From: a bacterium
GTDB taxonomy: Bacteria; UBA8248
Length of the DNA stretch: 64,000 nt
Assembly: GCA_965213685.1 (NCBI GenBank)
Contig: CBDBZY010000031.1
Location: 224,001-288,000, forward strand
Direction of reading: 5' to 3'
This document shows, in pieces, positions 47,541 to 57,217 of the stretch; position 1 is the stretch's first letter; each line of letters begins with the position of its first letter. Below the pieces are notes generated by a model. It was not told where the DNA came from. It saw nothing but the letters and a program-made list of their open reading frames with translations, and ran no database searches. Made by a program: the position numbers and the translations under genes.

Positions 47541-49580
47541 TCATCGAAGCGCCCGCCCTCCCAGCGGGGAGAGGGAGATTTCATCGCCCTCCCCGGCGGA
47601 GAGGATGGCCGCCCCCACCGCATCCAGGCCTATCGCGCACTCGGGCAACGCCTCGTCCGCCTCGACCCAGGCGCGGAGGGGAACCCGCCATTTGCCGCAC
47701 AACTCCACCAAATCTCCCGGGCGCAGGTTCCAGCGGGCGAGCGTCGCCGGGTGCACATGGCACCGGCGGCGGGCGTCTCCCGGAGGTTCTTCCTCCCTGG
47801 GAACAACCGCCAGCGCGCGCCTTGCCGCGCGGACGGCCTCCCGGCGCGCGCCCGTTTTCTCCTCGTCCACGGCCTCCTCCCGAATGAAGACGGCGTAATC
47901 CCTCCGCGCCCCTCTCTCCGTAACGTAACCCGCTCTCACGTCGGCCAGAACCGATGCGCCCGCCCGCTCGAGGGGATCCCCGAACCCGCCGCCGCCTGCG
48001 GTCTCCATGACGACCACGTCGCCCCTGCGGAGCGGAAAGCCCGCCGCCTTGCCGGGCGTTGCGGAGGGCATCAGGGTTTGGGCGCCTCTTTCGACGAAAA
48101 ACCGGTTGGGCGCGCCCGGCGCGCCTCCGAATATCCCGAACGGGGGGATGACGTTCTTGTCCGAGGAGATCGACAGGAGCGCGCCATCCGCCAGCACCTC
48201 CACCTCGCGCCGCAAGCCCAGCCCGCCCCGGCGGGCTCCGGGGCCGCCCGAATCCGCGCGCAAGGAGAGGCTCCGTATCCGCAGGGGCTGGCTCTGCTCT
48301 ATGACCTCGACGGATTGAATCGAAGCGAAATCCCCCTCGGTGAAATTCCGGGTGGCGTTGTTGCCGTCGTGCTCCTCGAATCCCCCCGTGCCGCCCGCCG
48401 GAAACTCGTAAAACAAAAAGGGCTTCCCGCTCCGCCGAGGGTCGTTCCCGCCGATGTAGACGTGATTGGAGGTGCCCTTCAAATCGCCCGTGACGGCACC
48501 CGACGCAAGGGGGGCGACGGCGCCGATGAGGGCGGACACCACGGCGTGGCTCACCTCCATGGAGCCCGCACAACTCGCCGGATGCCGGGCCGAGAGCAGG
48601 GAGCCGGGCTCGGCCCGGATGGCGAGCGGCCGAAAAGCCCCCTGGTTGACCGCGCCCTTCGGGTCGAGGAGCGATTTGACGACGCTGAAGGCGGCGGATG
48701 GTGCCATCGCCGGCCCGACGTTGTACGCCCCCCTCGTCTGGGGGCTGGTTCCCCGAAAATCGATCGCCAGGCCGTCGCCGGATTTCCCGACCCGCACTCG
48801 GATTCGTATCGGCTCGAGCGAGTGGCCGTCGTGGTCCATGAAATGCTCGTAGACGGATTCCGCCTCGGGCAGGGCGGCGATCCTGCGCCGCATGGAGGCC
48901 TCGGACCGATCCAGCAGGCGAGCCTTCGCGGCGAGCAGGGCGCCCCAGCCGTATTTTGTCGCCAGCTCCTCCAGCCGCTTGTGGGCCGTGTGGCACGTGG
49001 CCAGCATGGCGAAGAAATCTCCCCGCCTCTCCTCGGGAACCCGCATGTTGTGGAGGAGGAGATCGAGAACTCCCTGGTTCATCCTCCCCCCTTCGATGAT
49101 GCGCAATATGGGGATGCGGATGCCATCGTGGAGAATCTCGGTGTTTTTCCCGGATATGCTTCCCGGAGTCGTCCCGCCCACATCGCCCCAATGCGCGCGA
49201 ACGACGGGGTAGATGGCCAGTTTCGCGCCATGAAACAGCGGCGAGATCATCGCCACGTCGTTCAGGTGCGTTCCCCCGGTGTAGGGGTCGTTATGCAGGA
49301 ACACGTCGCCGGGGCGAATGTCCCCGCCAAAGCGCGCGCGCATCTGCCCCACTTCCATCGGCACGGGAAAAATGTGGACGGGGTTGTCCTCCGCCATGGC
49401 GACGAGCTGGCCCTCGCCATCCACGAGCACGCACGAGAAATCGCGGCCCTCGTAAATGATGGACGAATACGCCGTCCGCGCCATGTTCGCCCGCATCTCC
49501 CGCACGACGGCTACGAAGGACTCGTTCATCACCTCGAGAGATATGGGGTCGACCTCCCGGACGCGCTCTGCTGGGTTCAT
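47541..49580 (-). CDS. hyuB: Hydantoinase B/oxoprolinase subunit with an extra C-terminal domain
   Basis: NDPYTGGTHLND, AHWGDVGG, DSGGPG, GGGGFGDP; start ATG 49580. Confidence 0.92.
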   Translation of the reverse strand: MNPAERVREVDPISLEVMNESFVAVVREMRANMARTAYSSIIYEGRDFSCVLVDGEGQLVAMAEDNPVHIFPVPMEVGQMRARFGGDIRPGDVFLHNDPYTGGTHLNDVAMISPLFHGAKLAIYPVVRAHWGDVGGTTPGSISGKNTEILHDGIRIPILRIIEGGRMNQGVLDLLLHNMRVPEERRGDFFAMLATCHTAHKRLEELATKYGWGALLAAKARLLDRSEASMRRRIAALPEAESVYEHFMDHDGHSLEPIRIRVRVGKSGDGLAIDFRGTSPQTRGAYNVGPAMAPSAAFSVVKSLLDPKGAVNQGAFRPLAIRAEPGSLLSARHPASCAGSMEVSHAVVSALIGAVAPLASGAVTGDLKGTSNHVYIGGNDPRRSGKPFLFYEFPAGGTGGFEEHDGNNATRNFTEGDFASIQSVEVIEQSQPLRIRSLSLRADSGGPGARRGGLGLRREVEVLADGALLSISSDKNVIPPFGIFGGAPGAPNRFFVERGAQTLMPSATPGKAAGFPLRRGDVVVMETAGGGGFGDPLERAGASVLADVRAGYVTERGARRDYAVFIREEAVDEEKTGARREAVRAARRALAVVPREEEPPGDARRRCHVHPATLARWNLRPGDLVELCGKWRVPLRAWVEADEALPECAIGLDAVGAAILSAGEGDEISLSPLGGRALR

Positions 49581-49772
49581 GGACGCCTTAGCTCCGGAAA
49601 ACGAAAAGGTGCGGGCGGCGGCGGCATTGTAGCCCGAATCCGGGCGCCTCTTCACCCGGCTTCCGCCCGTCCGCGGCAACGGCGCGCCGGGGGAGGCGGG
49701 GGCAGCGGGGCGCGCCTCCCCCCGGGGCCCGCCGGTGAGGCGCGGAGACGCAGAGGGGCGCATCCGGAAAAA

Positions 49773-50456
49773 CTACCCGGGGCTTCGCCTCGGGTTGCGG
49801 CCCTCCACCATGAAGATGACGGCCTCCGCGATGTTCGTCGCGTGATCGGCGATGCGCTCCATGTATTTCGAGATGAACGTCAGGCGGGTCGCCCGGCTGA
49901 TGTTGCGCGGGTTGTCGAACATATAGGTCAGCAGCTCGCGGAACAACTCCTCGTTCATGTCGTCCACCTCGTCGTCGCTGGCGATGACCTTCCGCGCCAG
50001 CCCCACGTCTTCCTTGATGAAGCTGTCCAGACTCTCGCGCAGCATCTGGCTGGAGGCGTGGGCCATCCGCGGAAGTTCGATATAGGGCTTGAGGGGAGGC
50101 TCCTCGTTCAGCTCCAGTGCCCGTTCACACACGTTGACGGCGAGGTCGCCCACCCGTTCGAGGTCCGAGGCGATTTTCAGGCCCGTCGTGATAAAGCGCA
50201 GGTCCACGGCCGTCGGCTGCCGCAGCGCCACCATCTGCACGCAAAGGTCGTTCACGTCCATCTCCAGCGTGTTGACGTCCTGGTCCTCCTCGATGACGCC
50301 CCGGGCGATGTGGGAGTCTCGCCGGGTGAGGCTCTCGACGCTCTTCGCCATCATCATCTCCACCTTGGCGCCCAGCTCCAGGAGAAGGCGCCGCAGCTCC
50401 TGCAGCTCGCTTTCAAATTCCGAACTCGTGTGCGTTCTTCCGCTCGCCAGGGCCAT
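49773..50456 (-). CDS. phoU: Phosphate signalling protein PhoU
   Basis: QPTAVDLR, DLERVGDLA, ERIADHATNIAE; start ATG 50456 after GGAGGAG. Confidence 0.95.
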   Translation of the reverse strand: MALASGRTHTSSEFESELQELRRLLLELGAKVEMMMAKSVESLTRRDSHIARGVIEEDQDVNTLEMDVNDLCVQMVALRQPTAVDLRFITTGLKIASDLERVGDLAVNVCERALELNEEPPLKPYIELPRMAHASSQMLRESLDSFIKEDVGLARKVIASDDEVDDMNEELFRELLTYMFDNPRNISRATRLTFISKYMERIADHATNIAEAVIFMVEGRNPRRSPG

Positions 50457-50476
50457 GTCAGTCTCCTCCCAGCCGC

Positions 50477-51313
50477 CTAGCCGAATCTCCCCGTGATGTA
50501 GTCGGAGGTCCGAACGTGCATGGGGTTCATGAAAATCTTTTTCGTATCCCCGTATTCGATCAGTCGCCCCAGGAACATAAAAGCCGTGTTGTCCGACACG
50601 CGGGCGGCCTGCTGCATGTTGTGCGTCACGATGACGATGGAGAAATGCTCCTTGAGCTGCGCGATCAAATCCTCGATCCGGGCCGTGGCGATCGGGTCGA
50701 GCGCCGAGCAGGGCTCGTCCATGAGGATGATCTCGGGCTCGGAGGCGATCGCCCGCGCGATGCACAGGCGCTGCTGCTGGCCGCCGGACAGGCCGAGCGC
50801 GTTGTCCTGGAGGCGGTCCGACACCTCGTCCCAGAGCGCCGCGTCCCGAAGGGCGCGCTCGCAGGTTTCCTCCAGCTCCCGCTTGTCGCGGACGCCGTCC
50901 ACCCGCAGGGGATAGACGACGTTTTCGAATACGGACATCGGGAAGGGGTTGGGCTTCTGGAAGACCATGCCGAGGCGCTTTCGCAGCTCGGTCACCTCGA
51001 CGCGCGGATCGTGAATCTCGCTCCCCTCAATCGATATTTTTCCCTCGATGCGAATGCCGTCTATCAGGTCGTTCATGCGGTTCAGCGCGCGCAGAAGCGT
51101 GGATTTCCCGCAGCCGGAAGGGCCGATGAGGGCGGTGACCAGCTCCTTCTCGATTTTCATGTCGGCGCCGAACAGCGCCTGCTTCTCGCCATACCAGAGG
51201 CTGAATCTCTCGATGTCGATGACGCTGCCCCTCCCGCTTTCAACGGGATGATAGGCCGTGGACTCAAACTCCGTCTGCGAATCGGTCGTGGCCGCGGTGG
51301 ACGGCATTTCCAT
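50477..51313 (-). CDS. pstB: Phosphate ABC transporter ATPase PstB
   Basis: [43 protein letters not shown]. Confidence 0.97.
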   Translation of the reverse strand: MEMPSTAATTDSQTEFESTAYHPVESGRGSVIDIERFSLWYGEKQALFGADMKIEKELVTALIGPSGCGKSTLLRALNRMNDLIDGIRIEGKISIEGSEIHDPRVEVTELRKRLGMVFQKPNPFPMSVFENVVYPLRVDGVRDKRELEETCERALRDAALWDEVSDRLQDNALGLSGGQQQRLCIARAIASEPEIILMDEPCSALDPIATARIEDLIAQLKEHFSIVIVTHNMQQAARVSDNTAFMFLGRLIEYGDTKKIFMNPMHVRTSDYITGRFG

Positions 51314-51333
51314 GCGCCTCCATTCGTTTCATT

Positions 51334-53166
51334 TTAAAATTGGCCTTCCACAAACTTCCGGCGAAGGCGGTTGCGGATCATGATGGCGGAAGCGTTCATG
51401 AAGGCGATGATCGCTATCAACAGAAGCGTCGTGACGAACACCATCGGTTTTCCGGCCTCCGAGTTGCGGGACTGGAATCCCACGTCGTAAATGTGGAAGC
51501 CCAGGTGCATGAAGCTCCTCTCCGGGTGGAGGAACGGAAAGAAGCCGTCGAAGGGAAGCTCGGGCGCCAGCTTCACCACCCCCACGAGCATGAGGGGTGC
51601 CACCTCGCCCGCACCGCGCGCCATCGCGAGAATCAGGCCGGTCATGATGCCCGGCATGGCCTGGGGCAGGACGATGTTCCGGATGGTCTGCCACTTCGAG
51701 GCACCGCAGGCGAGGGAGCCCTCCCGCATGGAGCGGGGAACGGCCGCGAGCGCCTCCTCGGTCGCCACGATGACGACGGGAACGGTGAGGAGCGCCAGCG
51801 TCAGGGACGCCCACAGCAGCCCCCCCGTCCCGAACGTCGGGTTGGGGAGGCGCTCCGGATAAAACAGCTGGTCGATTCTGACGCCGACGGTGTAGGCGAA
51901 GAACCCGAGGCCGAACACGCCGTAGACGATGGAAGGCACCCCGGCCAGGTTGTTCACGCAGATGCGCACGACGGAGACCAGCGTCCCCTGCCGGGCGTAT
52001 TCGCGCAGGTAGAGGGCCGTGATGACGCCGAAGGGGGCGACGAAGACCACCATGAGCAGCGTCATCATGACGGTGCCGAATATCGCCGGCAGAACGCCGC
52101 CCTCGGTGTTCGCCTCGCGCGGGTCGTCCGTCAGGAACTCCGCCCAGCGGGAGAGGTAGACGCCCATCTTGCCCGGGAATGAAAGGCGATTCGCCGGATA
52201 GATGCGCACCACCTCGGAGAGCCGTATGTTCTTCTCGCGGCCGCCGACCTCCCGGAGGGTGATCGTGTGCTTCTCATCCTCCGCGTTGATCGAGGCGATT
52301 CTCCTTTTCAGCGCGGAGAACCCGCCCCGCATCTCCCGCGTCCGCCGGTCGAACCTCTCCTTCTCGGCGCGGTACGCCTCGCTGTCCTTCCCGTGGTCCA
52401 GCGCCGTGCGGCGCAGGGCGAGCCGCTCCTTCTCGATGTAGTAGTTGATGGCGCCTATCTCGTCCGCCTCGATGGAGCGGATTTCGCTCCTGCGCCCGAG
52501 CGCCCGGGCGTGGGCGGCGGACAATTCGGCCAGGGAGACGTTCTCCCCCGGGATGCTGCGGCCGTCGACCTGCAGGGTCTGGATGAAGCCGATGAACGGC
52601 CCCCACTCCCTCCGTTCGACGAAGAAGATGCCGGGCGGCGTCTCGGCCCGGGCGACGTGGTGCTCGCTCGCCCACTTGAAGTCCTCGTTGTAGATGTCGA
52701 AATTCCCGATCCGATAGAGCGTGCGGACCGCGAATCCGCCGGCCGCCCGGACGGCGCGTCGAGACGGCGCGTCGAGACCCTTCCACTGCTCGGGAGAGGG
52801 ACGGAAGCGCTCCGATCGAAACGGCTCCCCGGCGATGCGCTCGCCGCTTTTGAGCGTGAGCACCCGCACCGGGCCCGGGTAGAACGTCACGATGCCGTTC
52901 CAGAGAACCAGCGCGAGGAAGCCCGCGATCATCAGGACGCCGAGGGCGAGCGCACCGCCCATGATCCAGATGAGGGGCTCGCCCCTGGCCTGGAAGTCCA
53001 GCGCCATCCCGAGGCCGCGCCCGGGGGGGCTTTTCTCTCCCCCGGCGCCCCGCTTCTCCGGGAGAGTGCCCGCGTCGTGGTTCTCCGACTCCGCCTTCCG
53101 CACCGGAGCCCGCGCCTTGGGAGCACCCTTCGGTTTTTTGGGCTTTTTGGGTTTTTTCGCCTTCAT
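51334..53166 (-). CDS. pstA: Phosphate ABC transporter permease PstA, long form
   Basis: PREANTEGGVLPAIFGT, NNLAGVPSIVYG, ARGAGEVAPL; large extracytoplasmic insert; start uncertain (ATG 53166 or a later ATG). Confidence 0.92.
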   Translation of the reverse strand: MKAKKPKKPKKPKGAPKARAPVRKAESENHDAGTLPEKRGAGGEKSPPGRGLGMALDFQARGEPLIWIMGGALALGVLMIAGFLALVLWNGIVTFYPGPVRVLTLKSGERIAGEPFRSERFRPSPEQWKGLDAPSRRAVRAAGGFAVRTLYRIGNFDIYNEDFKWASEHHVARAETPPGIFFVERREWGPFIGFIQTLQVDGRSIPGENVSLAELSAAHARALGRRSEIRSIEADEIGAINYYIEKERLALRRTALDHGKDSEAYRAEKERFDRRTREMRGGFSALKRRIASINAEDEKHTITLREVGGREKNIRLSEVVRIYPANRLSFPGKMGVYLSRWAEFLTDDPREANTEGGVLPAIFGTVMMTLLMVVFVAPFGVITALYLREYARQGTLVSVVRICVNNLAGVPSIVYGVFGLGFFAYTVGVRIDQLFYPERLPNPTFGTGGLLWASLTLALLTVPVVIVATEEALAAVPRSMREGSLACGASKWQTIRNIVLPQAMPGIMTGLILAMARGAGEVAPLMLVGVVKLAPELPFDGFFPFLHPERSFMHLGFHIYDVGFQSRNSEAGKPMVFVTTLLLIAIIAFMNASAIMIRNRLRRKFVEGQF

Positions 53167-53173
53167 CCGTCCC

Positions 53174-55810
53174 TCACAGCTGCGCGGCGCGCTTCCGGAA
53201 ACGGAGCCGCACCACCTCCGCCACCGTGTTGACGACAAACGTCATCGCGAACAGGACGAGCGCCGCGAGGAACAGCACGCGGTAGAGCGTCCCGTCCTTG
53301 ACGGCCTCGGGAAGCTCCACGGCGATGTTCGCCGAAAGCGCCCGCAGGCCGGAGAAGACGTTCCAGTCCAGAACCGGCGTGTTGCCCGCCGCCATGACGA
53401 CGATCATGGTTTCGCCCACCGCGCGCCCCATCCCGATCATCACGGCGGCGAAAATCCCGCTGGCGGCGGTGGGCAGGATGACCCAAAGCGCCGTCTGCCA
53501 CGGCGTCGCGCCGCAGGCGAGGCTCGCCGCCCGGAGGTGGGCCGGAACGGAATTGAGCGCGTCCTCGGCGATGGTGTAGATGATGGGAATGACCGCGAAG
53601 CCCATCGCGAAGCCCACGACGAGGGAGTTGCGCTGGACGTAGGTGTCGATGACGCCGCCGCGCGCGTCGAAGCCGAGCGTCGCGAGCACCGCCGCCGTCG
53701 CCCAGCTCAGCAGGGCGGCGGCGACCAGCGTCCCGCCCCAGCGGAGGAGCTCGAGGGAGGCGGCCCGCGCGTGCGGCATCCGCCGGGCCCTCCGCCTCCA
53801 CCCGACCCCGAAAAGCCGCTCGGCGGCGAGGGCGACGCCCAGAAACGACAGTGGCAGGAAGATGAAGAACAGCATCGGCGTCGCCAGCCCGACGTTCCCG
53901 TTGGTCCAGGCCTTGAAGTCGCCGCCAAAGAAAAATCTCTCAAACCCCGGCCCGAGCCGGTAGCCGAGCAGCGCGCCAAGAATGATGACCGCGAAAAGCA
54001 GGGCAACTTTGGGAAATCCCGACAACGGCAGGGAGATGCGGGGCGGCATCAACTGCCAGAGATAGGCCGAGAGCAGCAAAAGAAAGGGGATGAGCATGAA
54101 CGTGAGGAGCACCGCCGCAATCCACGTTTCCACGATGGGCGCCAGAATCAGGGCGGCCACGAAGCCGAGCACCACCGAGGGGAGCGAGGCCATCATCTCC
54201 ATGGCGGGCTTCACGGCGGAGCGAATTTCCGGGCCGATGAACTCGGAGGTAAAAATGGCGCCCAGCACCGCGATGGGTATCGCGAAGAGCAGGGAATAGA
54301 CCGTCCCCTTGATGGTTCCGAATATCAGGGGGATGAGCGATATTTTCTCCTCGAACGCATCGTCTCCCGAGGAGGATTGCCAGGTGTATTCCGGCTTCGG
54401 GTAGCCCTCGTACCAAACCTTGCCGAACAAGGTCCGCCAGGTCGTCTCCGGGTGCTCGGCCGAGATTCTCCAGAAATTCACCGCGCCGGTCTGATCCGCC
54501 GCGACGACCGCGTCATCGCGGGGAGCGAGGCGGACGAAGCGCCTGGCGTCCCCCATGCCCTTCACCCGAAACCGCAAGAGGGTCGCCTCGCTCGTGGAGT
54601 GGCGCAGCCAAACGCCTCCGCCGGAATCCATGGTGACGAACATCCGGCTCCTCTGGGAGGCGGAAAAACCCGAAACGCGCCCGGCGTGCCCGTCGAGTTC
54701 GTGGGCGCGCACCATCACCTGGCCGTCCGGCGTCGTCGCCCCGGGCCGGCGGGTGCGGAAAAAGACGTTGAGGGAACCCCGGGAGCCTCCGGCGACGACG
54801 GCCTCCTCGCCGATGAGGAAATCGAACGAGGTCAATCTCTCGCCGGCGGGCAGGAGGTCCTGCTTCTCCACGAGGGAGACGGCGTCGAAATTTCTCGCGT
54901 CGTAGCGCAGGAGAACCCCGCTTTCGACGCCGATGTAGACCGCGTCGGCCTTCTCCGTGAGGAGGATTCCCAGGACGCGCGCCCGGCGGGGCAAATCGGG
55001 GAGCGCCACGCTCATCACCGATGAGGCGGACAGGCCCGTCAGGAGGTTGACTTTGGTCTGCGTCAAGCTCAGGCGCGCCACGCCCTGCGCGTCCACCGTG
55101 GCGAAGGAGATGCTCGGGCGCTCCGGCGTCCCCCCCACCTTGTAGTCGAGGTTGGCGATGGGGACTCCCCGCGGCGCCACCTGCTGGGGCTCCCTGATTT
55201 GCGCCTCCACCCAAATTTTTCGGACCTGCGCGCCCGGAATCCTGGAAAAAACAGACCGGCCGTCGGTAGAATCCCGCTCGTCGATTCTGGCGAGACCGCC
55301 GGGCGCCCCCCCGGGGGGCAGCACCTGCGTGCGAAAACGGATTTTCCCGAAGCGCACCGTTCCGTCGGCGAAGCCGAAGGCGACGTTCCCTCCCTTGAGC
55401 GTTCGCGCGAAGGCGGTCGCGCGCGCCCCCCCGAAATCCAGTTTCCAGGGCTGGAGCGGTTTTCCCGTAGACGCATGGACGGGGGTCAGGGTGCCGTCTG
55501 CGGAAACCAGGACGGCCACGCTGTTGTATTCGTCCACCTCCACGCTGAGGAGAGCGCCCGGGGGAGGGGGGATCTGGAAGGAGGTCGCGTAGAGCAGCTT
55601 CTCTCCGGCGAACAGCGGAAGCGCCACGGCCACGAGGAACGCCATGATTCCCAGGACGGCCAGAATCACGAACAGCCCGCCGACGGTGATCACCTTGCCG
55701 ACGACCTTGTCCATGAGCCGGACGGAGCGCCTCGTGCTCAACTCCCTCCTCCTGCGCCGGCGCCTCTCCTGGCTCGCGTCGTCTGCGTCTGAAACCGGGC
55801 GGTCGCTCAT
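53174..55810 (-). CDS. pstC: Phosphate ABC transporter permease PstC, long form with beta-propeller-like domain
   Basis: GKVWYEGY, YTWQSS, LPSVVLG, GRAVGETMIV; roughly 450-aa beta-rich N-terminal domain. Confidence 0.9.
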   Translation of the reverse strand: MSDRPVSDADDASQERRRRRRRELSTRRSVRLMDKVVGKVITVGGLFVILAVLGIMAFLVAVALPLFAGEKLLYATSFQIPPPPGALLSVEVDEYNSVAVLVSADGTLTPVHASTGKPLQPWKLDFGGARATAFARTLKGGNVAFGFADGTVRFGKIRFRTQVLPPGGAPGGLARIDERDSTDGRSVFSRIPGAQVRKIWVEAQIREPQQVAPRGVPIANLDYKVGGTPERPSISFATVDAQGVARLSLTQTKVNLLTGLSASSVMSVALPDLPRRARVLGILLTEKADAVYIGVESGVLLRYDARNFDAVSLVEKQDLLPAGERLTSFDFLIGEEAVVAGGSRGSLNVFFRTRRPGATTPDGQVMVRAHELDGHAGRVSGFSASQRSRMFVTMDSGGGVWLRHSTSEATLLRFRVKGMGDARRFVRLAPRDDAVVAADQTGAVNFWRISAEHPETTWRTLFGKVWYEGYPKPEYTWQSSSGDDAFEEKISLIPLIFGTIKGTVYSLLFAIPIAVLGAIFTSEFIGPEIRSAVKPAMEMMASLPSVVLGFVAALILAPIVETWIAAVLLTFMLIPFLLLLSAYLWQLMPPRISLPLSGFPKVALLFAVIILGALLGYRLGPGFERFFFGGDFKAWTNGNVGLATPMLFFIFLPLSFLGVALAAERLFGVGWRRRARRMPHARAASLELLRWGGTLVAAALLSWATAAVLATLGFDARGGVIDTYVQRNSLVVGFAMGFAVIPIIYTIAEDALNSVPAHLRAASLACGATPWQTALWVILPTAASGIFAAVMIGMGRAVGETMIVVMAAGNTPVLDWNVFSGLRALSANIAVELPEAVKDGTLYRVLFLAALVLFAMTFVVNTVAEVVRLRFRKRAAQL

Positions 55811-55833
55811 GTCCCTCCTCGTCCAGTCAAGAA

Positions 55834-55877
55834 AGCGGCGGGGGGACGACGAGTCGGCCCCCCTCGTCCCCGCCGCT
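55834..55877. other. Stem-loop between pstS and pstC (probable mRNA-stabilising element)
   Basis: AGCGGCGGGG(GG)ACGA ... TCGTCCCCGCCGCT. Confidence 0.6.
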
Positions 55878-55912
55878 GCTGGAGGTTGCGAGAAGAAAAT
55901 CCCTCTTCTTTC

Positions 55913-56923
55913 CTAGTTGCTTCCCAGCCCGAGGCCAAGGGCGCCCAGGTCCCGCTCGGCGATGGCGGCGTTCACGGGGAAGAAGCCCGCCTTGATGACG
56001 GCCTGCTGACCGGCCTGGGAGAAGATGTATTTCACGAACTGGGCGCGCAGGGGGTCGAGTGCCCGGTTCGGGTTCTTGTTGACGTAGATGTAGAGGAAGC
56101 GCGCAATCGGGTAGTTGCCGGAATAGGCTTCCTTCGCCACGGGATTGTAGCACCTGGCGCCCGTCTTCTGGGAGATCGGCAGCGCGATGACGTCCGCGGT
56201 TTTGTAGCCGATGCCGGAGTAGCCAATGGCGAACTTGTCGGACGCCACGCCCTGCACCACCGCCGAGGAGCCGGGCTGCTCCTTGACGGAGTCCTTGAAG
56301 TCGCCCTTGAAGAGCGCCACCTTCTTGAAGTAGCCGTAGGTGCCGGAGGCCGAGTTGCGGCCGTAGACGGAAATCGGCTTGCTCGCCCACGCGCCCGAGA
56401 GGCCGGCCTGCCCCCAGGTGTCGACGCTCTCCCTCACGCCGCCCTTGCGGGTCTTGGAGAAGATGGCGTCCACCTGCTGGAGGCTCAGGCACTCGAGGGG
56501 GTTGTCCTTGTTCGTGAAAACGGCCAGGGCGTCCACGGCGACGCGGATGACGCCGGGCTTGTAGCCGAACCTTTCCTCAAAAGCGTCCACTTCCTTGGAC
56601 TTCATGGCGCGGGACATCGGGCCGAAGTTGGAGGTTCCGGCGATGAGGGCGGGAGGCGCCGTGGAGGAGCCTTTCCCCTCTATCTCGATCTTCACGTCCG
56701 GATAGGCGCGCTTGAACCCCTCGGCCCAAAGCGTCATCAGGTTGTTCAGCGTATCCGAACCCACGGATTTCACGTTGCCGGAAACGCCGCTGGTCGCCTT
56801 GTAGACGGGCAATTTCGGGTCCACCACCAGGGCGGCACCGGCGGGCTGCGCAACGAGGGCGAAGCCAATCACGGCGGCGAGGGCAAAGCCCCAAACTCTC
56901 GAACACCTGCTTGCTGCGGACAT
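55913..56923 (-). CDS. pstS: Phosphate ABC transporter substrate-binding protein PstS
   Basis: SVGSDTL, GKGSSTAPPAL, GRNSASGTY, IGYSGIGY, YPIAR. Confidence 0.96.
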   Translation of the reverse strand: MSAASRCSRVWGFALAAVIGFALVAQPAGAALVVDPKLPVYKATSGVSGNVKSVGSDTLNNLMTLWAEGFKRAYPDVKIEIEGKGSSTAPPALIAGTSNFGPMSRAMKSKEVDAFEERFGYKPGVIRVAVDALAVFTNKDNPLECLSLQQVDAIFSKTRKGGVRESVDTWGQAGLSGAWASKPISVYGRNSASGTYGYFKKVALFKGDFKDSVKEQPGSSAVVQGVASDKFAIGYSGIGYKTADVIALPISQKTGARCYNPVAKEAYSGNYPIARFLYIYVNKNPNRALDPLRAQFVKYIFSQAGQQAVIKAGFFPVNAAIAERDLGALGLGLGSN

Positions 56924-57161
56924 CTCTCATCTCCTTAATCGACGGGCCAAAGCCTACAGGAAAACCGAAGAACCTTGGTGCTACATTCTCTTGCCTTTGT
57001 TGCCTTTGACATTCTCTGCGCGCCAAAACAGCGCACTTGCCGCAACACCCTTCCCCTGCACAATCGCCAGCGCCCGAAGAACGGCTTCGCCTGCTTGGCG
57101 GCCGCATCGAGCGGCCATGAGTGTAAGCACTCTCCTCAGCGATTCGTCTCCAGGCGCGGGA

Positions 57162-57217
57162 ACTATAGGGGAACCGGCGGGGAGAAATGTGGCAAAAGGG
57201 TGTCAATTCCGTGATTT
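57162..57217 (-). promoter_or_regulatory. Pho-box promoter upstream of pstS
   Basis: Minus strand AAATCAC-ggaa-TTGACAC-cctt-TTGCCAC-attt-CTCCCCG (11-bp period), then 10 nt, then TATAGT. Confidence 0.65.

Noticed and set aside
43527-50480. 2317-aa plus-strand ORF
   Set aside because: Antisense shadow of the CoA ligase, hyuA, hyuB and phoU genes; no motifs; long stop-free antisense frames are common in GC-rich DNA.
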